Positions 53,385-64,000 of a stretch of 64,000 nt of DNA are shown piece by piece. Positions within the stretch are counted from its first letter, which is position 1, and every line of letters starts with the position of its first letter. The position numbers and the translations under genes were made by a program. This DNA comes from Eledone cirrhosa (taxonomy: Eukaryota): contig OZ024748.1 in NCBI GenBank assembly GCA_964016885.1, forward strand, positions 51,460,001 to 51,524,000, written 5' to 3'. A model generated the notes under the pieces. The model saw only the letters and a program-made list of their open reading frames with translations. It made no database searches and was not told where the DNA came from.

Positions 53385-53660
53385 TAAAATCTAAAATCTG
53401 CCTTGAGCCTCATGTGACCGGTGCTTATCCTGGTCTCTGTGGCATTAAACGACTAAGAGTACAAACCACCCTGGACAGGGCACCAGTCCATCACAGGGTT
53501 AAACCCCCAGCTATTGCTGGTACTCATTTTCAGCTGAGTATACTGGGGCAAAGTGAAATGAAGTGTTATACACAAGATCACAGCAAACACCTAATCCAGG
53601 AATTGAACCCATAATATTATCAACTTAAATTCAACACACTTACCACGAGGTCACGTGCAT
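53385..53660 (-). mobile_element. SINE family T2
   Basis: Similar to 3022-3310. Confidence 0.75.
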
Positions 53661-53716
53661 GCATGTTATATATATGTGTGCGTGTGTGTGTATATACATA
53701 GATATGTGTATATATA

Positions 53717-53761
<45 letters not shown>

Positions 53762-54475
53762 TTATATAAAGAAGTAAGAGAAAATAATACAAAGGTGCCA
53801 GTAATATTAATTTGGATAACAAAATTAATGGAGTGTACTGAATGTTGTACATGATAAATTCTTGATTTATTAAAAATTTCTCTTGCAAACAAGAAAGGTA
53901 AACAAGAATATAATGGAAATTGTTTGCAGCTAAATGAGAAGTGAAGATTATTTCTAGAAATTAAGAAAGATTTATGGTTCAGCTGACATACTTAGAAGAA
54001 AAAGATAATTTGATCTTTGTTTTAGAACCAATACAACTATGAGCACGTTTTTAGCCTCTATTTGACCTCATTAGTAAATTGTTAAATCCCATCTTCATTT
54101 ATCTTCATTACCTACCTATGTACCTACTTATGAATTGAAACTAAAATTACATGTCATTAAAAGTTTTTGGGTTTTTTTTTAGCATACGTTAATAAGTATA
54201 AAATGTCCTACCTGAATTATTTTAATTCAAGCCAGTGGCCTATTTGAATTATATTTCTTAGCTCACATTTTTGTCATTAATTAAGACAATGAGGTATACT
54301 TTGAGGGGATTTGGCTGCTATTTCATGGAGGCAATGAAACTGCATTTGTGCCTGTTCCTGCTTACCAGAAGGTGGTATAAATCAATGCAGCAATAACAGT
54401 AGTATGGATGATGGACTCTCATAATAGCACATGCCAAAATATTGTAGGAGAGAGATACAGTTGATTTAATGAAAC

Positions 54476-54690
54476 TTTCTTCTTCTTCCCCCACTTATTC
54501 TTGAGAGGGTCATGGGGGACAGAGCCCTCAAACTCTTACCAGCTGGTCCTGTCAGAAGCAACTGTCTCCAATTTATCTGGCTGGATCCCCCAGGTCAGAC
54601 CAACTGAGCTCATAGATGTTATCCAGCCCCTGGGTCTCCTACTGGTTGGTTTTGCTCATAAAATCTGCCCATAGATTCTTTCCTGAGACA
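54476..54690 (-). mobile_element. third LINE family (RTE-like), 3' end with (GAA)n tail
   Basis: Reverse complement matches 62960-63160 and ends in gaagaagaagaa. Confidence 0.7.
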
Positions 54691-54912
54691 TTTTAACCAC
54701 AATGATTAGTAAATATGTTATTGAAGCCAGTGAGATGAAAACCATAATATCAATTAGAAGATATAATGATGTAGAAGAAAGCAGGAATGTGAAGTTGGTT
54801 TCTCACAATGCCACAGACCAAATACTCTAAGCGAGACATTTGATGCCTCATCCTGTCTGATGGTTGGCAAATATGTGATGAATAATTCTGATCCATTCTT
54901 TTTTATCCTTAA

Positions 54913-55132
54913 CCCTTAAGCATTCACATTATTTTATATATACTATTATATTTTCATGGTAAAGGCTTTACCTCGCATAATTATCTCACATAATATTGAA
55001 TCTATGAGATTTTGAAAGTATTTATTTTGAGAACAATACCTTAACATCAGTTTGAGCAACCAGTTACAGCCAGTTTCAACAGAAAGAGGTAGAGAATTCT
55101 GGCCGATTTTGGCCGCTTTCAACATTAAAGGG
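54913..55132 (-). mobile_element. piggyBac-type MITE, same family
   Basis: TTAA flanks. Reverse complement of the 9101 family. Confidence 0.85.
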
Positions 55133-58100
55133 TTAACATTATCAAATTCAATGCTGATCCATTTAGTGCAATCAAATCAAATGATTTGTTTGTGGCCTGA
55201 CCTAGTTATCAAGGGAGACAATACAACTCAATTTTTTTTATCTCTTCAATAAAAGAGACAGGGAAGTACCAATGTATTTTGTTTTGTTTTTTTCAGAGTT
55301 GTGTGGCCTAATTGTTAGAGTGTTAGACTCACAATCATAAGGTCATGGGTTTGAATCCTGGACTGGATGAATTGTTGTGTTCTTAACCATCACACTTCAT
55401 TTCATACTGCTTTTCATGATATGACTGGGGCCTTTAACATTAAACACTCCAAGAAATATCCTATGAGATGCAACCACATACAATGCAAGCTAAATTTGAT
55501 TTGATTTCATTTTACCAATAAAGTCTAATGTGAGGAAATCATGAAGTTATCCTCAGACTGGAGACTTATTCTGAATACTTACAATAGAGTGGACTCAACT
55601 AAAGACCCCCCAAGGCCTAAGAAGTCATGTTAAACTACATGATAAATTACATTATTGTGAAGTTTATACACATTTATTTTCCATGTTTACTGGTAGTTTT
55701 TTTTAAATTTGCAAATTATAAAACTATCCTGCTTGCACCCCCTCAAGGTTAATGACTCGATGAGTGACACAAAATTTCAATCTAGATTTGAAGTGTTCTT
55801 TCGTCTTATATCAACACCTCATGACACATCATGTATATGTATATATCTATATGTATATATGTGAAGTAATTCCGTCGGAAAGGTCCAGGAAAAAAGAGTG
55901 CTCTATGTAGGTTACAGAGCTTATTAGTTATGTGTGTTTATCTACTTTTATATTTATTCTTTTTCCTTTCCTTCTTCCTTTTCCAGCCTCACTTTCATAT
56001 AGATTATATTTTTGTTTTTAAAATCCACTGTCAATAAATACACCAGGATTTTTTCATTCTGATGACTGAAGATTTTATTTATTACATAAATAATAAATAA
56101 ATAAATATATATGTATATATACATATATAGGTGTTAAAGCTGCAAATTAATTGCATCTGTAGGCAGTATGTCAAATGAGCACTCAATGCTCTTGGGAAGC
56201 AGAATATCAATAATATTAATATATAAGGGAACACAGAATCAGTTTTGCATCATATACATATTTAATTACATATTACATATATTTCACTGTCTATCAACTC
56301 GAGACACGAGTCTATATGTTAACACATATCTGAAGAGTTTCCGATTCGAGAGTCAAGTTCGATCATTAATAGATCAGTCCTTGAGCTGATCATGAATCAA
56401 AGTTGTAGCTGCCATATATTTACAAAGCACTCAATATACTGAGAAGCTAAACATTATCATTGAGAGTAAGATGCAACAGTTAAAAAGTGCGAGACCAAGA
56501 AAAAATGACTGAATGCGGTGGCTATGCTTATACCACAACAATGATAAATACAAAAAGGTTGAAGACATATATATATATGTGTGTGTGTGTGAGATGGTCA
56601 TGCTGGTGACACAATGAAAAAATACCCAGTCCTACCTACCAGTTAATCAGTTTGGTGCTACAATAAAAAGCACGCAATCCACACTGTAAATGAGGTTGAA
56701 AAGGCATGCAGCCATGAACACCAAGCCAGAAACAGGTCTGCATGAGCGCAAGATTCAGTCACCTGATCTGATTTGTCTCACAATGGGAAAACTCATCTAA
56801 CACATGCTAGTATGGACAATAGGTGTTAAATGATGATGTTGATGATATATCATATTCTCATAAGAGCGTCTCTCATCATTTCATCTGCTGAATTCAAGCT
56901 GGGTAATGAAACATTGAAATATTTCAGCAAAGGCTTAAATATATCACCTGTGGCAATGCTGTAAGTGTATTGGCTTTTCCTCATGTGATTGAGTGTACAA
57001 ATCTTCTTCCCCACCTTTTTCTTCTTTTATCATCTGTCCCCAGCCTTTTTCCTATTTCTTTTTTGGAATGTATATATATATATATGTATATATGTAAAGA
57101 GAATTTATTATAAATGTACCAGAGAAAGACAAGATAGAGTAAACAAAATATGACCATAAAGAAGAGGAGGCACAGAGGAAAACAAATAGTCATTGAGAAA
57201 GTCACAGAATGTGTGATGAAAAACTTTGATGAACTAACTAATAATAATTGTTTCTACTTTAGGCACAAGGCCAGCAATTACCCAGTACATTACTGGTACT
57301 TTATTTTATCGACCCCATAAGGATGAAAGGCAATGTTAACCTCGGCGGGATTAAAACTCAGACTGTGAAGGGACGTAACTATGCTGGGAAGCATGGCGTC
57401 CAACCCTCTACCGATACTGCCAAAAGCTGAAGTGATAATCAAATAGTGCATGTGTTTTATTGGCTATAATACCAGCATGACCATCCACAAATATTTATTA
57501 TAAATTTATTATACATATATTTATACATAAAGTAAAATTTATTAAATACATATATTTATAAGTGAGTTCCTTGTATGAGTATATTTATGATTCATCCTTT
57601 TCCCTCTTATTTAATTTCACGTATAACTTTGGTTGTAGTTCTATCTAATGCTTAATTATTTATTGAGCACTCTCCATGAAAAATATCTTATTTAAATGAA
57701 CTAAGACATGTCCTGTGAAGTACACGTGTCTTTTTCCACGCACACAAACACAAGCACAAACACACACACTTACTCAGAACAACATATAATTGTTTACTCT
57801 TTTAATTTACACTCCTTCCATCAATAGAATTCATCACAGGTGTCTTTTAAAAGCAATTCCTGACACTCTACCTACAACCCACAGCCACCACACTTCCCTC
57901 TTCACCCTCCCTTTCCCACAAACTGTAATCAGTGCTGTTATATTTCGCTGGCATATCAACTAATCTTAAGTGCCCTACATCTGATATGTATGATTCTATG
58001 ATGCAAATTGCTACATTTACAACAACACAATTATTGATGCACATTCAGAATTTAACTCACATTAATTACATTTGCATTTTGATAAATTCTACAATATCTA

Positions 58101-58497
58101 GAAGCAAACACCACCACCACTACTACCATCACCACCACCACCACCACCACTAGTATCATTATAGCCTTTAAAAGTAATATCAACACCACCAACACACCAA
58201 TGTATGTATCCTTTAAAAGCACTATTGCCAGTAAACACAACACCATCACCATTTAATCTTATACCAGCATTCTTTTATATTTTTGTTTATATCAGTTTTC
58301 TGATTTTAATTTGTACAAACACACACACATACACACTTACATACACACATACATGCATATATACATACATACAAACACACATACATACATACAAACATAT
58401 ATATATATATATATATATATAATGTATATGTATAATACTTATGTGTTGTGTGTGAATATATATATATATAAATGTATATATGTTGTCTGTAGTTATT

Positions 58498-58533
<36 letters not shown>

Positions 58534-58611
58534 GTATATGTATAATACTTATATATGTGTTGCATGTGAATATATATATTTATATATAAATGTATATATA
58601 TTGTCTGTAGT

Positions 58612-58669
<58 letters not shown>

Positions 58670-59489
58670 GCGAAGCATATACACAGATACATATGACACA
58701 AATATATATAAAATACTCGTACACACAGATCTGCAATTTGCTCATGAAATTCAACTGAAATTTACATTATCTTGGTCATTTAAATAGTATCAATTCCTTT
58801 CTCAAGCTTTCCCCACACCAGACCTCCATCCTGTCCATCCATGACTATCTACTCTTCCCTCCAAATATCCTACATTCCATTGAATAACCTCCACCACTAT
58901 CACAACCCTTTACTCTCTCACACACAACTTCCATCAGAAATATAAATTATGTATGATTATCTAATTAAATACAACTACGTTTTGATCAAATACTCGTTTA
59001 AGGTTTAATTTCAAAAATTAGAACATGAGAAACACAAATACAGATACATTACCAAAAATACAGATACATATATATATGCATGTGTGTGTGTATGTGTGTG
59101 TATCTGTACACATACATATGTATACTGCGTATATATATATATACTGACCCATATGCCCTTGAACATTACAAAAAAGGACCATATAACTGCTGGTTTTGCT
59201 ATCAATAACAACAATAATAAATAATTATATTTATAAATTAGAAAAATAAATATTGATACAATAATAACAAAGATTAGAACTAATAAAATCATAACATAAC
59301 AAAAATACTAAAATTTAACAAATATTTCTTCCATAAAGTTTGCAAGATGAAAATATATGATAATTAAATGAAATTTTACAAAAATAAAGGAAATACAACA
59401 ACAATACCAACAAAAGCAGTAATAGTAACATAAACTAAAAATATAAAAAGATTTCAGACACATTTAACACTAATTATAATTTAAGGTAC

Positions 59490-59735
59490 CCTACAGTCAT
59501 GACTGATTAAGAGTTTGTAACAGGAAAGTTCCTCTCTGAGATACAAATCTGAGTAAGGTGCTTTTGTAGAAGAACTGCACTCACCCATGCATGCCAATCT
59601 CCTCTTCCCCCATCATACTGATGTTGTCCAAGAATATGGCAAAGGATTATACAGCTTAGTACTAGTATCATCCCAACTTATTTTTTCCAGCTGGAGGGGA
59701 ATGTAAAACAAAGTGTCTTGCTCAAGGACACAATG
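59490..59735 (-). mobile_element. decayed SINE of a further family (related piece at 16420-16560)
   Basis: CORE-like aagtgtcttgctcaaggacacaa and a shared gaaagttcc.ctctgag segment. Confidence 0.5.
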
Positions 59736-60093
59736 GGTTTCTTGGTTGCAGTGTTTAATTAGTACTTTATTTTATCAATCCTAGAATGGTGCAAAGCAGA
59801 GTTAATCTGAGTGGGATTTGAACTTTACTAGAACAATTCTCACAAACCACCATCTTTTCATAAATAATAATAATATTATTTTAACACTATAATCAATATT
59901 GTGTCTTTTAGTCAGAGCATGCTTAGTGCATTGAAGTACACAAACTTTTGAAACAAGCATATATATATATTGTATATTTGTATGTATGTGTCTGTACCTC
60001 TCTCTCTCTCTCTATATATATATATAATGTATTTGTATATGTGTGTATATATATATATTATGTATTTGTATATTTGTATGTATGTGTCTGTGC

Positions 60094-60124
<31 letters not shown>

Positions 60125-61053
60125 ATGTATTTGTATATGTGTGTATATATATATATTATGTATTTGCATATATATAAATATATTTGTACGTTTATATATA
60201 TATAGGGGCATGTATGTGTGTGTACACACAGGAGAGTAGAATAAATTAATAAGCTAATAAATAGAAATGCAATGGCAACAGAAAGAATTGAAATAAAACT
60301 AAAGCAGCAAAATCTGAAATACAATACAATAAAATCAACAAGAATAATATCTGCATTTGTACATCAGAAATAAGATTGAAAAATATACTTTCAAAAATAC
60401 GAACAAAAAACAATGATCAAAATAACAAAACTTTCTTTAAAGGGGGTGGGGAAAGGGACAGAATAATATATAATGGAATATAACGTATCTGTCTATTGAA
60501 TATTTATTAATTCCATAGCAATTAAAAGATGTGATATTTGCTAAACAACCAACAAAATATTCATAATTTTTGATATTAGATAAAAGAATAATAGATAAAA
60601 AATATATATAAAATTACTGATAAAATAATGAAATTAGAAATATAATTTTAAAATACACAAAAATTTAAATAAATAGGAAACAAAATCAAAACACAATCTG
60701 AATAAATTAAATTTTATTTCAGATGAAATTTATGAAAAAAAAAGATAAAAATAAATATAAAAGAAAAAAATTGAACCACCAAATCTTTTGAATGGCATAA
60801 AGAAAATTGCTGGTACCAATGATGATGATGGTGTTGACCATGATGATGGGGATGGCAATGATGATGATGATGATGATGATAAGAGAGGCCAAACTTTTTG
60901 TTGATGTTGTTATTCATTTCTTTGTAATAACACTAATTGGATAGTGCTGCAATACAATAAATTTTCGCTGGATATACATACACACATACATATATATATA
61001 TATATACACATACAAATATACACACACACACATATATATATATATATACAAAT

Positions 61054-61084
<31 letters not shown>

Positions 61085-61559
61085 CACACATACATATATA
61101 CATAATTATATATGCATAAATATATACACACACACACACATATATCATCATCAACATCTCAATATTACGCTCATTTTCCACACTAACATGGGTTATATAT
61201 ATATATAAAGATATATATATATATTATATACATATATATACTCATATATGTGATATTTGTGGATATATGTATGCATGCCATATATATCATCATCACATCG
61301 TTCGTTTTACATTCACCTTCTAACTTGGCATGTATTGGACTGGTTGTTGCAGTTCAATCCAGTCGTTATGTGAGGTTACTGCTATCATCTTAGATTGGTG
61401 GCAGGATCCTGGATCACTTTTCCCATCCTATTTCTGGCATGACCTCTACAGCTGAATGTTCTACCTATTACCAACGTCTTTATAGAATATATGTGATGCA
61501 TCTCGTCATGATACTATCAGTTGGTACAGAGATGTGTTGACCATGTCTCTCCTCTCTCA

Positions 61560-61757
61560 GAAACAACAGGTTGATTATTAGACTGATAGAGTGGATACCA
61601 AGAAATGGGGAAGAGCCAGAGAGAAGCCAAAAGTAAGATGGAATAATGATCTAACCCAATAACTCAGTCTTACATTACCCAATATCGCCAGAGATAGGAT
61701 GTGGTGGAGTTCAATCAGGAAGGCGTTCCTCTAACACAAGTGAGAAATCCCTGGATT
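61560..61757 (+). mobile_element. second LINE family (RTE-like), 3' end
   Basis: Translates across a frameshift to RLIEWIP...KPKVRWNNDL...IARDRMWW, a typical RTE C-terminus. Confidence 0.7.
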
Positions 61758-62899
61758 TTGGATTTGGTTTTGGTTTTGCCCGTCAATTGAGTCATTGCCT
61801 TCTCTTGTCTCTCCTGCAAGTCTAAAGAAGCCTCCACACTCAACATATTCCCTATTTGTTCCAGACAAACATAACTAAAGGCATTATTAGTACCAGTAAT
61901 ACACTGGTTAATTGCTGGCCTTGTGCCAAAAGTAGAAACAATTATTATGCTTTGATGCATAGAGTTACGGCCCTTGCCATTCTGAGTTCAAATCTGGCCA
62001 AGGTTAACTTTGCCTTTCATCCTTACAGGGTCTATAAAATAAAGTACCAGTAATGCACTGGGATAATTGCTGGCCTTGTGCCAAAAGTAGAAACAATTAT
62101 TAGAAGGTGAGTGATATCCAGGATATTAAAAGTGAATATATTAGAAATATGAAAGTGGAGGTATAGTTGTAAAGGAAGATGCTGGTTGTTGCAAAATACA
62201 ACATGAGTAACATGGGATAAGAATAATAATGTGTTATCAGAGGAGAGGAGAGTTCTCGTTGATGATGTTATAAAGTATTTTTGATGGCAGTTTTATAACT
62301 GTAATCCTTACTTATTGCTTGTTGTTCTAAGATTACTCATTGTGGCCTTGTAAATATTATAGTGAGGACATTTCCACACAAAATCATTTCAAGAGACTAA
62401 GAAGAGATAGTTCTCTTCTATATATAGTGTGTTGAGGTGCTAATTGGCTAATTAATTGACAAGCTTGTGACTTCACTTCACTCCTTTGTTCGGGGTTTAT
62501 CACTTCATTAAATGGGGTAGGGTTTGGATTAGGTTAACAGATGATTGTAATGTTTAGGTTTGATTAGTGGTGAGCTTGGGTTTCTTTGGTTTATGTCTAT
62601 ATATCAGGTTAAGTTCTTGCGGGGAGGGGGGGGTATAGGATGGAGATTATTTCTGGTGCTTATACTGTTTATGTGTGGGTGCAATGCTAAATGTATAATG
62701 GGGTACTAGTCACTGCAAAGTAATAGAGAAATTATGTAATATGACAGCTATAGCCTGATGACACCTCATACTGCCATACCAGTAACTGTTGTTTCTTGTT
62801 TTACTGAGAGAGTCATGGTGGGGTTTCGAAGGATGTATTTTAATTTTAATTCATGCCTTGCATGGTATATATCAGGTGAATGGAAGTGACTGTAAGATT

Positions 62900-63165
62900 A
62901 TGGTTTGCCATATGCATATGGTTAGAATATCTCAGCAAAGAACTGCTGGACAGATTTTATGGTCAGAACCAACTGGCAAGAGATCCAGTGGTAGACCCTG
63001 AGCAAGATAGTTGGAGAGAATCCATGAGCTCGGTTGGGGTCACTTGAGGGTCCACTAGATCAACTGAAGACAGTTGCTTCTGATAGGATCTGCTGGAAAG
63101 AGTGTTTGAAGAGTCTCCCTCATGACCCCCCTCTCCCCGGAATATGCAGCTGAAGAAGACAAAGA
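62900..63165 (+). mobile_element. third LINE family (RTE-like), 3' end
   Basis: ORF ends HMVRISQQRTAGQILWSEPTGKRSSGRP, the RTE C-terminal G-R-x-x-G-R-P motif. Confidence 0.75.
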
Positions 63166-63224
63166 ATATGTTTGAGTTCTTGTCAAGGATAGGTTTTGTG
63201 TAGATGTGTTTACATTTAAGTTAA

Positions 63225-63425
63225 CCCTTTAGCATTCAAACTGACCATATATGGCCAGAATTTTCTCACCTCATTCTGTTCAAACTAGCCATAACTGGCC
63301 CATCATACTGATGTTAAGGTATTGTTCTCAAAATAAATAATATCAAAATCTCATAGATTCGATATTATGTGAAATAATTATGCGAGGTAAAGCTTTTTCT
63401 GTAAAAAATACAAGAGTATATATAG
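63225..63425 (+). mobile_element. piggyBac-type MITE interrupted near its right end
   Basis: TTAA|CCCTTTAGCATT start and family body. The sequence breaks at cagtcatgtcaaac before the right TIR. Confidence 0.8.
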
Positions 63426-64000
63426 CAGTCATGTCAAACTGAGGGTCCCCCGAGGACCACATGGGTCACATATGTGTTGTCTGAGGGCCACATGGGCCAC
63501 ATATGTGTTGTCTGAAGGCCACATGGGTCACATATGTGTTGTCTAAGGGCCACATGGGTCAAATGTGTGTTGTCTGAGGGCCACATGGGCCACATATGTG
63601 TTGTCTGAGGGCCACATGGGCCACATATGTGTTGTCTGAGGGCCACATGGGTCACATATGTGTTGTCTGAGGGCCACATGGGTCACATATGTGTTGTCTG
63701 AGGGCCACATGGGCCACATATGTGTTGTCTGAGCGCCACATGGGTCACATATGTGTTGTCTGAGGACCACATGGGCCACATATGTGTTGTCTGAGGGCCA
63801 CATGGGTCACATATGTGTTGTCTGAGGGCCACATGGGTCACATATGTGTTGTCTGAGGGCCACATGGGCCACATATGTGTTGTCTGAGCGTCACATGGGT
63901 CACATATGTGTTGTCTGAGGGCCACATGGGTCACATATGTGTTGTCTGAGGACCACATGGGCCACATATGTGTTGTCTGAGGGCCACATGGGTCACATAT
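63426..64000 (+). repeat. 31-bp minisatellite (at least 17 copies) beginning at a hAT-like terminus
   Basis: Unit gggccacatgggtcacatatgtgttgtctga, preceded by CAGTCATGTCAAACT. Runs off the end of the window. Confidence 0.9.

Noticed and set aside
56325-56365. CTGAAGA motif as a hammerhead
   Set aside because: No GAAA or compatible stems follow.
63450-64000. 31-bp repeats as a CRISPR array
   Set aside because: Head-to-tail units without spacers, in a eukaryotic context.

Overview
AT-rich, repeat-saturated animal genomic DNA with no recognisable host protein-coding gene. The repeat repertoire suggests an octopus-like coleoid cephalopod, but this is inferred, not confirmed. Nearly all ORF-track entries are translations of microsatellites ((TA)n, (CA)n, (CAT)n, (GGT)n) or of retroelement fragments. 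Supported content: (1) decayed RTE-clade LINEs from at least three 3'-end families, the largest (about 20.6-22.3 kb) encoding an RT followed by a C4HC3 PHD-type finger; (2) several tRNA-derived SINE families that share and exchange modules and carry RTE-derived tails; (3) TTAA-flanked piggyBac-type MITEs, mariner-type MITEs, and a hAT-like end whose subterminal repeat has expanded into a 31-bp minisatellite; (4) a decayed Penelope-like RT. The most notable signal is a dispersed set of about a dozen short non-coding elements beside (TA)n tracts. They carry type I hammerhead ribozyme motifs from several sequence families, are often long fold-back palindromes, and share a TYGAGTRC motif near the 3' end. 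Coordinates were read by eye and may be off by a few bases.
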